DNA from: an uncultured Verrucomicrobiae bacterium
GTDB taxonomy: Bacteria > Verrucomicrobiota > Verrucomicrobiia > Limisphaerales > Palsa-1400
Direction of reading: 5' to 3'
DNA length: 64,000 nucleotides
NCBI GenBank assembly: GCA_963707025.1
Contig: CAVPOM010000006.1
Coordinates: forward strand, 416,001 to 480,000
Each line of letters begins with the position of its first letter. Within the stretch, counting starts at the first letter, position 1. The translations under genes and the position numbers were made by a program. Under the pieces are notes generated by a model. The model had not been told where the DNA came from. It did not search any database and saw nothing but the letters and a program-made list of their open reading frames with translations. Shown here piece by piece: positions 21,651-30,969 of this stretch.

Positions 21651-21931
21651 TCTTCGGAGGTGTTAAAACTCCCGTGCTTTGCACAATATTATCGGTAACC
21701 CATTCCAGCGCAGCCGTTTCCATGTTGACGGCCATGCGGCGCTCGTGCGGCACGGCCTCCAGTTCAGCCCTCGCCTCACCTCCACGCCGTCGCCCGCCAT
21801 CGCGGCCAGGACCATCAGCGGCTCGAAGGTGTGGCTCGCCCCATCACCGAGGGTTTCTGTTGGCGGCCTCGGCCACAGGCGGGAAGTGCGGCTGAGGGCC
21901 GTTGGGGCGCGGTTTCTCAGGGCGCTGGCAT

Positions 21932-22036
21932 CGCCCGTGCGTCATGGTGAGAGGGTATATTGGACCCATCTATAACTCAATGATTTACAGACTGTTACGC
22001 ATTTTATTGGACAAAGCTATGGTCTGATCCCTTTGA
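21932..22036 (-). repeat. Dispersed element, copy C (inverted)
   Basis: Reverse complement tcaaagggatcagaccatagctttgtccaataaaatgcgtaacagtctgtaaatcattgagttatagat matches copies A and B. Confidence 0.85.
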
Positions 22037-22038
22037 CA

Positions 22039-22305
22039 AACCACTCCGGAAGGCTGCGCCAGGAGGCGGGCCAAGCGGGCGCGGAGGCGCTTATCGCCAA
22101 AGCGCTGAGGCGGCTGGGATGGAAAGAGGACGAATTGGGCAAGCGGGCCAAAAGCGATCCGGGCAAAGTGCGGTTGGCGGCCCAATTGCGCCAGGAGACG
22201 ACCCTGACCATCGGGCAGATCGCGCAGAGGTTGCACATGGGAACCCGCAACACTTTGGCGACAAACCTGCAAGGAAGAAAAGGCACCAACGGAGGAACGG
22301 GATAG
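22039..22305 (+). pseudogene. C-terminal HTH fragment of a RAYT/Y1-type (IS200-like) transposase
   Basis: LRRLGW.EDEL..RAKSDPGKVRLAAQLRQETTLTIGQIAQRLHMGT resembles the tail of verrucomicrobial Y1 transposases (from memory); no HUH catalytic domain present. Confidence 0.65.
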
Positions 22306-22329
22306 TGCAAATATGCGGTTTGACCCCTC

Positions 22330-23731
22330 CCCCCCCCGCGGCATGCTCACAACCAACGGGGCCGGCAGCACCAATTACGCGAACTACGGGTATGACCCTG
22401 TCGGGCAGCTCACCAGCGATTTGGCGGCAGAGCTGATCGGGAGCACCAACCGGATGAACGAGCAGCTTCGTTACGCCTATGACGCGGCGGGAAACCTGAA
22501 TTACCGGACGAACAACACCTTGGTGGAGAATTTCCAGGTCAACAGCGTGAACGAGTTGACGACCGGGACAAATGAGGGCAGATTGACGGTCATGGGAACG
22601 ACCTCATCCCAGGCGACCAACGTGACGGTGAACGGAACGAACGCGCTGCTCTACAGCGACGCGACGTTCGCGGCGACAAACATGCCGCTGACGACCGCCT
22701 ACACCGCCATTGCCAAAGACGCCTACGGCCGGATCAACACCAACACCGCCACGGTGAGCCTGGCGACCAACTCCTCTTTTCAATACGACCTGAACGGGTA
22801 CCTGACGAACGACGGGACGATGAGCTTTGGTTACGACGATGAGAACCAGTTGACGCAGGTGTGGGTGCCGAACCAGTGGTTTTCGCAATTCACCTACGAC
22901 GGCAAAATGCGCCGCCGCATCCGGCAGGAGTACACCTGGTCCGGTGGCTGGGTGCAGACGAACATCGTGTATTACGTCTATGACGGCAACGTGGTCATCC
23001 AGGAACGGGACATCAATAACCTGCCGACGGTCACTTACACGCGCGGAAAGGACCTGAGCGGGAGCTTGGAGGGCGCTGGCGGGATTGGCGGACTGCTGGC
23101 GAGAACAGACAATGATGCGCAACAAACGGCCTTTTATCACGCTGACGGCAATGGCAATGTAACGATGTTGGTCAACTCCTACCAAGCCGTTGTTGCGAAA
23201 TACCTGTATGATGCCTTTGGGAACACGCTGTCTTTGTCCGGTCCGGCTGCCTATGCCAACCTCTACCGCTTTTCGAGCAAGGAAGCGCATCAGAATTCGG
23301 GCTTGGTTTATTACCTATACCGGTACTATGATCCGAATTTGCAGCGATGGCCAAATAGCGAGCCGTTGGGAGATCGAGGTTGGGTGTTTCGTCTAACTGC
23401 GATTACGTCGAAACGCACACTTGATTTAATTGTGGCAAATGGTGGTTTTCTTGGAAGCATCGAAGGCTGGGGTGAAGTTGACTTATATTCATTTTCAAAG
23501 AACAACCCTGTTAACCGAATGGATTCCTTCGGGCTTTCCTCCGGGCAAAATATAGCGCGTGCCATAGCTTGTGGTGCCGCATGCAATTGGTGTTTGTTGT
23601 TACCAGGTGAACACGCCAAGTATTGGTGCGGCATTCTATGTGTCGCGCCATGCATGGAATACTGCACTGGACCTGGAAATTGTGATGGACATTACCACCC
23701 GCCGCCTCCTGGTATCTTTCATGGCAAGTAA
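22330..23731 (+). pseudogene. 5'-truncated (orphan) Rhs core with Cys-rich C-terminal tip
   Basis: YD repeats (YGYDPVGQL, YAYDAAGNL, FGYDDENQL), YHADGNGNV, YLYDAFGN, YYLYRYYDPNLQRW, NPVNRMDSFG; no credible start. Confidence 0.88.
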
Positions 23732-23802
23732 GGAACTTTAAAATCTGAGAATAAGAGCGTTTCATTCATTACAATCCGAACAATTCAATCATAATTACAG
23801 AA

Positions 23803-25253
23803 CACACCCGTCTCATAAGGGGAAAAGTCTGGTGCTGACCTGTTCATTTGCAAGGGTTTAATTGGTCTTCGGGGTAAAATGAGATTTTGATTTTTCCGAG
23901 TTTGGCTTTTGGGTGTGGTATGCGCCTGTTTGGGCGCGTGTGCTGTCCCATAGCTTTATTGGAAGCCGGGGAAATACGCCTGCTCGGGCCGCGCCAAGTG
24001 GCGAAAGCTGCCGCCTGCTGTCCCATAGCACGCCAGCAAATTGAGCAGATCATATTTCTCCCAGAGCGCCGCCCGCAAAATCGTGAACAGCCGGGTGAAG
24101 CTGTGCGCCCAGTTGGAGAGGTGACTGAGGTAGCGCAACAGCACGTAGGTCAACAGCGCCGTCCACACCTGCCAGCGCACGGCGTTGGCGTTGTGGCCCA
24201 GAAAATCCGCCAACTGCAAGGTCTGCTTGATTTGTTTGAAGAAGACTTCGATCTGCCAGCGGCAGCGGTAAAGGTCGGCCACGCTGCGCGGACTCCACTC
24301 CAGGTTGTTGGTCAGGAAGGTCATTTCCCGTTCCTCTCCATCAATCTCGACCAGCGCCACCACCCGGCGCATCAACTCCGGCGCGGGTTTGTTCTCGTTG
24401 CTCAGGACGATCACTTCGTCGCGCAAAATCTTCGGGTCTCTGGAGGCGGGCATTTTCCGCACCACCTCATAGCCCATGTTCTCCTTGGCCCGCGTCACCC
24501 AAAAGACCCCGCGCCCGTCCAAATCCCGCAAGTGGCCGAAGTCCACATAACCCTTGTCGAACAAGGCGATTTCGCCGCTCTTCAAGTCGGCGCACAGTTC
24601 CCGCGCCCGTCGGTTGTCGTGCTCGGCGGCAGTGTCCACAATGACAAAACCGGGCAAAAGATTCTGCAGATTCAACCGCATATGGGTTTTGGCGGCGGCC
24701 TTGCGCCGGCGGTGCTTGGCCCAGTCCAGGCAGTTGGCCACCAGTTCCATGGTCGTGCTATCAATCACATGGATGGGCATCTTGAAACGGAAGGCGGGGC
24801 CACGGCGCTGGCCCGCGGCAAAGCCGGGCGTCTGTGCTTTCAAATGCTCCAGGACCCGCCAGAAGAGTTGTTCGGCCATCTGGGCCGGACGCTCCCGGTT
24901 GGCGTGGGAGAGGCCGTTGCGGCTGGGGGCGCTGGCGCCGCGCAAAGTGGACAGCGGCCCGGAATGCAATTGCAGCGAGTCGCACAGATCGTTGAGTCCG
25001 ATGCAATGGGTGAGTTGCGCGTCCAGCAAACTGACCGTGTGACTCCACGGACTGAAGGTGCGCGACTTATCCAGAGCCCCGGTCTCCCGCGCTATTTTGG
25101 AGACTTCATGCGCAGGAATGAGATTGCAAATCTGGCGCAAAACGTTAAACCGGGACCGTGTTGGTTTGATTTTTTTGTTTTTCATGCCTGCCTTGTGGCA
25201 GGTTCAAATGGTCAAGCCAACACTTTTTTCCAATTTCCTGTGGGTTGGCTGTG
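23803..25253 (-). mobile_element. IS4-family insertion sequence, 1451 bp, 9-bp target duplication ATTACAGAA
   Basis: ATTACAGAA at 23794-23802 and 25254-25262; imperfect terminal IRs CACACCCGTCTCATA / CACAGCCAACCCACA. Confidence 0.9.
23956..25185 (-). CDS. IS4-family DDE transposase
   Basis: IDSTT, FDKGY, YRCRWQIEVFFKQIKQ (YREK motif). Confidence 0.95.
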   Translation of the reverse strand: MKNKKIKPTRSRFNVLRQICNLIPAHEVSKIARETGALDKSRTFSPWSHTVSLLDAQLTHCIGLNDLCDSLQLHSGPLSTLRGASAPSRNGLSHANRERPAQMAEQLFWRVLEHLKAQTPGFAAGQRRGPAFRFKMPIHVIDSTTMELVANCLDWAKHRRRKAAAKTHMRLNLQNLLPGFVIVDTAAEHDNRRARELCADLKSGEIALFDKGYVDFGHLRDLDGRGVFWVTRAKENMGYEVVRKMPASRDPKILRDEVIVLSNENKPAPELMRRVVALVEIDGEEREMTFLTNNLEWSPRSVADLYRCRWQIEVFFKQIKQTLQLADFLGHNANAVRWQVWTALLTYVLLRYLSHLSNWAHSFTRLFTILRAALWEKYDLLNLLACYGTAGGSFRHLARPEQAYFPGFQ

Positions 25254-25310
25254 ATTACAGAAGGCATGTGTGCGATTAAATATCCGATTCATTGTAATCA
25301 TATTAAAGCT

Positions 25311-25520
25311 ATGACTAAAAAACTCTTCGCTATAAGATACTGCATTTTTGTAATCTCTATTATACTCGCTTGGACTTTGTTTTCGGTAATAATTCGGCTA
25401 CAAAATCCTAAATGGCGCGATACCATTACGCTGATGCTAGTCCTTTATTGTACATACAGCACATTGGATGGCATCCTCTCGATGATCGTGAAATGGAGGG
25501 CCAAAAATGGAGCCCCATGA
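25311..25520 (+). CDS. Small AT-rich two-TM protein, candidate Rhs immunity protein
   Basis: MTKKLFAIRYCIFVISIILAWTLFSVII...ITLMLVLYCTYSTLDGILSMIV; follows the Rhs tip once the IS is removed. Confidence 0.5.
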   Translation: MTKKLFAIRYCIFVISIILAWTLFSVIIRLQNPKWRDTITLMLVLYCTYSTLDGILSMIVKWRAKNGAP

Positions 25521-25989
25521 AAGGGTCACCGATAATCCACTAGGCAACCAATAGCATGGCGCGTGCCACCTATTGGAACGGTGCCAAATGAGCTTCACGT
25601 TACTTACCTGCCTCGCCTCGATGGGGAGAGTTTTCACTTATCATTCCGAACGCCTCAACACAAGTGCAAGGGGTAACCCATTAGGGCGGGTGTCAACAGG
25701 CAAAACGCTTCTGTCCCCAATTTTCTTTATTGGGTTCTTCCCGGGCCGCCAAACTCTTCTTTACAGGCCGCATCCGATCCCTTCATTTCGCTCGCGTGAT
25801 TCGGTCCGCTTCCGGTGAAGCGATCCGTTCAGTCACCCATCAGGTTCTAGCGCGGGTTTGACAGCCTGGCCTGTTTTGGCCTTTTCTCTAAAAGCTGTCT
25901 TTGTCTTTTCTTCCCTCTTGGCCTTCGCGCCCAACTCGGTTTTCCGAGTCCAGAAAACGTCCAGTGCCGGGCCGTGTTCATTCAATTTA

Positions 25990-26116
25990 TCAAAGGGGTC
26001 AGACCAGATGTTTGCCCAATAAAATGTGTAATCGCCTGTAAATCATTGGTTTATAGATTGCTCTCCGCATGAATGGCGGGCGGTCAAGGGCCTGGAGGCT
26101 TTTCGTGGCATTGTCA
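25990..26116 (+). repeat. Dispersed element, copy B
   Basis: tcaaaggggtcagaccagatgtttgcccaataaaatgtgtaatcgcctgtaaatcattggtttatag...ttcgtggcattgtca. Confidence 0.85.
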
Positions 26117-26177
26117 TAACCATAATCGCAAACACTCAACCTCATTCCGCCCGGCGGCGAAAAGGCCTTTTCCCGAA

Positions 26178-26612
26178 TCACGCGACGCACAAATTTGCGG
26201 CCTTGGCATTGCTCACGGCAGAAAGGGGAATGCCCTGGTCGAAGGTCACCAATCGCCCCTGATGTTGTGCCGCCAGCGCCAACAAATAGAGATCGGTCAA
26301 TTGGCGCGAACTGTGGATGCGTTCCGCGGCGAAGATCTTGTCGTCACGCAGCGAAATCTCATCCGGCCAGAATTCGTGGTTGCTTTGCCCGGTGAATTTC
26401 CGCAACCGGCCAATCAAATCGCACGGCGCGAACCGCATTTTCCCGCTGTAATTCGGATTGGACATGATGCGGACGACGCCGTTTTCCGTGATCGGACAAC
26501 TGGCCCAGCCGTGTTTGGCATTCGTCGCCCACCAGTCATGAGCGCGTTCGTGAAACGCATGATCGGGGTCGAGCAACGCGATGATGACATTCACGTCCAG
26601 CAGGGCGCGCAT
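26178..26612 (-). CDS. VapC-family PIN toxin
   Basis: LLDVNVIIALLD..H..H, ITENGVVRI, QLTDLYLLALA, LVTFD. Confidence 0.92.
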   Translation of the reverse strand: MRALLDVNVIIALLDPDHAFHERAHDWWATNAKHGWASCPITENGVVRIMSNPNYSGKMRFAPCDLIGRLRKFTGQSNHEFWPDEISLRDDKIFAAERIHSSRQLTDLYLLALAAQHQGRLVTFDQGIPLSAVSNAKAANLCVA

Positions 26613-26615
26613 CGC

Positions 26616-26855
26616 TCAGACTCCTTCCTCGTCCATCAAATTCCGAACACGTTCCAGCGTCACCACTTCGCCGCGCGAGGGCAGCAACGGCACCCCGCCG
26701 CGCGAGCCGGAAATCTTTCTTAATTTCGCGGTCGAACCGGCCAGACCGCGCCGCGCCAAAGTGGAAATGATTTGTCCCGCCGTGCCGCCGTCGCGCTGCG
26801 CCAGTTCCTTGGCCGCTTGCAGCACGTCATCTTCAATGTCTAAAGTTGTTCTCAC
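26616..26855 (-). CDS. VapB-like antitoxin
   Basis: MRTTLDIEDDVLQAAKELA...GQIISTLARRGL. Confidence 0.9.
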   Translation of the reverse strand: MRTTLDIEDDVLQAAKELAQRDGGTAGQIISTLARRGLAGSTAKLRKISGSRGGVPLLPSRGEVVTLERVRNLMDEEGV

Positions 26856-26891
26856 GCATCTGACGCTACTGCATCACCGCATCAAAGTCAA
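26856..26891 (-). promoter_or_regulatory. Predicted sigma70 promoter for leaderless vapBC transcript, overlapped by GATGC repeats (possible operator)
   Basis: TTGACT-N17-TAGCGT-N7-GTG on the minus strand. Confidence 0.6.
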
Positions 26892-26954
26892 TTCCTGCGT
26901 TTCTGCTTTCGGCATCAAGGTGAATCAAGGTATTCTTTAAGAATACGTTGTCGC

Positions 26955-28247
26955 ATGAATCCGGCTCCTGACCGCCCCGTTGACAAGCATGACGCGCCCC
27001 CGCTGATGGGGGATCGCGGGCAAAGAGGATTCCACGCCATGGCCAAGCCGGTCGGTTCCACCTGCAACCTGGATTGCACTTATTGCTATTACTTGAGCAA
27101 GGAGAATCTCTCCAAAGGCCCGGGCGCCGGACGAATGTCGGACGAGACGCTGGAGCTGTTTATCAAACAATACATCGCCGGGGTGACGGGAGACGAGGTG
27201 ATCTTTTCCTGGCAGGGCGGCGAACCCACGCTGCTGGGTCTGGAGTTCTTCCGCAAAGTGGTCGCTTTGGAGAAGAAACACGCCCGGCCGGGCCAGCGGA
27301 TTGAAAACGATTTGCAGACCAACGGAACGCTGCTCAACGCGGAGTGGTGCGAGTTCCTCAAAGCCCATCGTTTCCTGGTGGGGCTGAGCATAGATGGCCC
27401 CCGTGACATCCATGACCATTACCGGGTGACCAAGGGTGGCCGCCCCACCTTTGACCAGGTTTTTGCCGCCGCCAAACTGCTCCGGCGCCAAGGCGTGCCC
27501 TTTAACACGCTGACCTGCGTCCATCGCTTCAACGGGCGGCGCCCGGTGGATGTGTACCGCTTTCTCCGGGATGAACTCAACTCCACCTATATCCAGTTCA
27601 TTCCCATCGTCGAACACAAGAGCTTCGAGCGGACCGCGCCGCAGACCTGGAACCAGGCCGAGCTGCCCAGAGACGGTGAGCCGGAGGCGCGGCCGGGCCA
27701 TCCCAACTCGATTGTCACCGACTGGTCGGTGGATCCGGAGGACTGGGGGTATTTTCTCTGTCGTGTGTTTGACAGGTGGCTGGATCGGGACGTGGGCAAG
27801 GTGATGGTCAATCATTTTGAGACGCTGGTGGCCCAGCACCTCGGACTGCCCTCCCAAATGTGCATTTACAGCGAAGTCTGCGGCAGGGCTGTGGCGGTGG
27901 AAAATGACGGCAGCGTCTATGCCTGCGACCATTATGTTTACCCGGAGTACCGCCTGGGCAACCTCAAGTCCGAACCTCTCGGCCAGATGGTTTTCTCGCC
28001 GGGCCAGGCCCAATTCGGTCACGCCAAGAGCGCGAGCCTGCCGCGGTATTGCCGCCAGTGCGCCTACCTGACGGACTGTTGGGGGGAATGTCCGAAAAAC
28101 CGGCTCATCCGCACGCCTGAGGGCGAGCCGGGGCTGAACTACCTGTGCCGCGGGTTCAAGAAATTCTTTGGGCACGCCCTGCCTGAAGTCGAGCGCATCG
28201 CCGCCCGGTTGCGCCAGGAACCGCTCCACCCCCGCCCGCGCATGTAG
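26955..28247 (+). CDS. Anaerobic sulfatase-maturating radical SAM/SPASM enzyme
   Basis: CNLDCTYCYY, WQGGEPTL, LQTNGTLL, YACDHYV, C..C.....CWGECPKNR, NYLC. Confidence 0.95.
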   Translation: MNPAPDRPVDKHDAPPLMGDRGQRGFHAMAKPVGSTCNLDCTYCYYLSKENLSKGPGAGRMSDETLELFIKQYIAGVTGDEVIFSWQGGEPTLLGLEFFRKVVALEKKHARPGQRIENDLQTNGTLLNAEWCEFLKAHRFLVGLSIDGPRDIHDHYRVTKGGRPTFDQVFAAAKLLRRQGVPFNTLTCVHRFNGRRPVDVYRFLRDELNSTYIQFIPIVEHKSFERTAPQTWNQAELPRDGEPEARPGHPNSIVTDWSVDPEDWGYFLCRVFDRWLDRDVGKVMVNHFETLVAQHLGLPSQMCIYSEVCGRAVAVENDGSVYACDHYVYPEYRLGNLKSEPLGQMVFSPGQAQFGHAKSASLPRYCRQCAYLTDCWGECPKNRLIRTPEGEPGLNYLCRGFKKFFGHALPEVERIAARLRQEPLHPRPRM

Positions 28248-28324
28248 GCGAATTTAAGCCATTTTGAATCCGTCGCGAAGCAGGAACAGCGTTCACTTCT
28301 TTGCGCTCCTTGAGCAAGGTCCAT

Positions 28325-28918
28325 TCACCGGTTTCCCAGCGCGATGGATTTCAGTGTGGTATAAGCGGCCCCTTGTGGGGAAAGCACGCTCTGCATCAGA
28401 TCCACTCTTCCCGCCTCCCACTCCCCAAAGGCGCGCTCCTGTGCTCTGGCCAGGGCCTCGGCCAGCTCTCTCCGCCCCGCGGCATTCAATTCCGCAACGC
28501 GGCCGATCGTCAAATGCGCGTGGAATGGGCGGTCCTCGCCAGCGCAACCGCGGGCCAGGAAACCGGCCGCAATCGCCTTTTGCAGGTTTTCCAACGGCCG
28601 CAAATCGCCCGTCAAGCCGGCCCAGATGATGCGCGGCCGGCTCTGATTGGGAAAACATCCCAACCCCGCGACGCCGACTTGGTGCCGGCGGTGTCCCTCG
28701 CAGGCCGCCTGCAGAGCGGATTCCATTTCGGGGAGGCGCGCGCTGGCAATCGGCCCAAGGAAATGCAACGTCAGATGGATTTGTTCGGGCCGGGTCCAGC
28801 GAACCGCCCGCGCCGGCATTCCCTTGCCCAATCCTGCGGCCTCAGCTTGCAGGCCGGCGACGATGTGGGCCGGCGGAAAGATGGCGATGAACAGTCGTTT
28901 TGTTTCGGTTTCGGGCAT
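28325..28918 (-). CDS. thpR: RNA 2',3'-cyclic phosphodiesterase (2H family)
   Basis: RLFIAI, HLTLHFLG, PRIIWAG, HAHLTIGR. Confidence 0.9.
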   Translation of the reverse strand: MPETETKRLFIAIFPPAHIVAGLQAEAAGLGKGMPARAVRWTRPEQIHLTLHFLGPIASARLPEMESALQAACEGHRRHQVGVAGLGCFPNQSRPRIIWAGLTGDLRPLENLQKAIAAGFLARGCAGEDRPFHAHLTIGRVAELNAAGRRELAEALARAQERAFGEWEAGRVDLMQSVLSPQGAAYTTLKSIALGNR

Positions 28919-29134
28919 AAGCACCGAAAGATGGCAGGCGTGACGTTGGCCCTGACCCATCCTGCGGAATGAGCGCGAGTGATTCAAGCGCAAAATTGGG
29001 GCTTCGCAGCAGAAGAATCGCCGGCTGGTTTCCAAATTGTTCTTGTGAAGATAGAGAACCAGGCTTAGAATCCTTCTTAGGTTTCCCGGCGGGCAGTCGG
29101 GATTCCTTCAGGCATGCTTGGCCTGTCGCAAACC

Positions 29135-30652
29135 ATGAGCAATCAAAGTCACTTGAAGACCGTCCGGTTCTGTTCCTGCCTCTGTTGTCTATTGTGGTTG
29201 GCTGGCATCGCCCCCGTGCGGGCGGCCAACTGGCCCGGCTTCCGCGGGCCTGCGGGGGACGGGACGGCGGAAAAGGAAACGGCGCCGGCGCAGTTTGGCC
29301 CGACCAGCAACCTGCTCTGGAAAACCGAAATCCTTCGCGGCCATTCTTCGCCGGTAATCTGGAACGGCCAATTGTTTCTGACGGGCGAAGATGGGAATAA
29401 GCTGAGTACGATCTGCCTGGACTGCCTGTCGGGCAAGACGCGCTGGGAACAAAGCATCGAGGTGGAGAAACTGGAGAAGATTCATCAAGCCAACTCCCAT
29501 GCGACTTCCACGCCCGTGACGGAAGGAAAGAGGCTCTACGTTTATTTTGGATCCTTTGGGCTGCTGGCCTATGACCTGGCAGGCCAGGAACTCTGGCGCA
29601 AACCTTTGCCGATGGCCAAAACCTTCAACAATCAGGGCACCGGCACCTCTCCCATCCTCGCGGACAACAAGCTCCTGGTTTTCGTTCAAGTTGGGAAAGA
29701 TTCCCACCTCCTGGCGGTGAACCCGGCCGATGGCGGGGTCATCTGGAAGGCGCCCATGCCGGTTTACAACAACAGTTACTCCACCCCCGTTAGCTGGACG
29801 GAAGAAGGCCAGGCCGTGGTGGGCCTGGAGTGCGCCGATCGGTTCACGGCCTTCCATCTGGCCGACGGCACGGAGGCCTGGTGGGTCAATGGTGTCGCTT
29901 TCCAAGCCTGCAGCACACCCGTCCTGGCGCGCGACCGTTTGGTCATCGCCGCCGCGGGCGCGCAAGGAGAGCTGTCCAACATGACGCCCCCGCCCGCTTT
30001 TGAAGAAGCGCTCAAAAAGTATGGCCGGGCCGGGGAGGCGGCGATTGCCTTCGAGGACATTCCCGACGATGTGCTGTTTACAGACCGCCAGAATTCGGGC
30101 GGCCAGGGAAACATGAGCCTCAAGCAGGCCTTCGGCTTGTTTGGCGGTGTCAAAAAAGGCGACAAGGTCAACCGCGAGACCTGGGAGCAGATTTGCGGGA
30201 GGCTGACCGCCTTTCGCACCGGTCCTTATAACCGAACGGTCGTGATGTCCGTGCGCACCGGCGGCCGGCAGGACGTGACGGGGTCGCATATCCAATGGCA
30301 GGAAACCAAGGGAGTGCCGGAAGTGCCTTCCCCCCTGGTCTGGCACGGACGGCTCTATCTGATCCGCAGCGGCGGGCTGCTGGTTTGCCGCGATCTGGAA
30401 AACGGGACGCTCATCTATGAAGAGAGGCTCGATTCCCCGGGTGGTTATTTCGCTTCGCCCCTCCTGGCCGATGGCCGGATTTATCTCGCCTCGGATCGCG
30501 GAACGGTCACCGTCGTCAAGGCGGGGGATTCGTGTGAAGTGCTGGCGCGGAACGAGCTGGGCGAACCGGTCATCGCCTCGCCCGCCATCAGCAACCACAC
30601 CCTCTACATTCGTTCCAGCGGTCAACTTTGGGCCTTTGCAGAGAAGAGATAG
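29135..30652 (+). CDS. Secreted PQQ-like beta-propeller repeat protein
   Basis: Signal peptide, ANWPGFRGP, GHSSPVIW, STPVT, PEVPSPL, YFASP. Confidence 0.85.
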   Translation: MSNQSHLKTVRFCSCLCCLLWLAGIAPVRAANWPGFRGPAGDGTAEKETAPAQFGPTSNLLWKTEILRGHSSPVIWNGQLFLTGEDGNKLSTICLDCLSGKTRWEQSIEVEKLEKIHQANSHATSTPVTEGKRLYVYFGSFGLLAYDLAGQELWRKPLPMAKTFNNQGTGTSPILADNKLLVFVQVGKDSHLLAVNPADGGVIWKAPMPVYNNSYSTPVSWTEEGQAVVGLECADRFTAFHLADGTEAWWVNGVAFQACSTPVLARDRLVIAAAGAQGELSNMTPPPAFEEALKKYGRAGEAAIAFEDIPDDVLFTDRQNSGGQGNMSLKQAFGLFGGVKKGDKVNRETWEQICGRLTAFRTGPYNRTVVMSVRTGGRQDVTGSHIQWQETKGVPEVPSPLVWHGRLYLIRSGGLLVCRDLENGTLIYEERLDSPGGYFASPLLADGRIYLASDRGTVTVVKAGDSCEVLARNELGEPVIASPAISNHTLYIRSSGQLWAFAEKR

Positions 30653-30788
30653 CTATGGCGCTTCACGCCGCCGCCAGCAAAATGCATGCGGCGGAGGCGG
30701 CGCATATTTGGCGGCGCGCTCCCCCGACCGCATACGCATCGCCGGCTGCGAAAGCCCGTAATGCGTCAGTGACAGCAGGGACACCGTC

Positions 30789-30898
30789 GGAATGCGCCCG
30801 TCCCCGGGCGCAGCAACGCCCGGACTTCCGCCGCGCCCGACAAATCCCGAAGCCGCCGTGTCTGCGCCGGATGCTGCGCCCGGGGACGGGCGCACTCC
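30789..30898. repeat. Inverted REP doublet (REPIN-like), 27-bp arms
   Basis: ggaatgcgcccgtccccgggcgcagca ... tgctgcgcccggggacgggcgcactcc (1 mismatch). Confidence 0.85.
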
Positions 30899-30969
30899 TT
30901 CACCGACGCAGTACGAAAGCGCGCGTTTTGCCTTTGAGTTTGGCGGGCGACAGCGGTTAAGCTGGCTTG

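Noticed and set aside
22037..25989. Integron cassette array or prophage
   Set aside because: No integrase, no recognisable attC pattern and no phage structural genes seen.
26955..28247. RiPP maturase acting on the Cys-rich Rhs tip
   Set aside because: The sequence matches anaerobic sulfatase maturases and a CxPxR sulfatase is nearby; proximity to the tip is probably coincidental.
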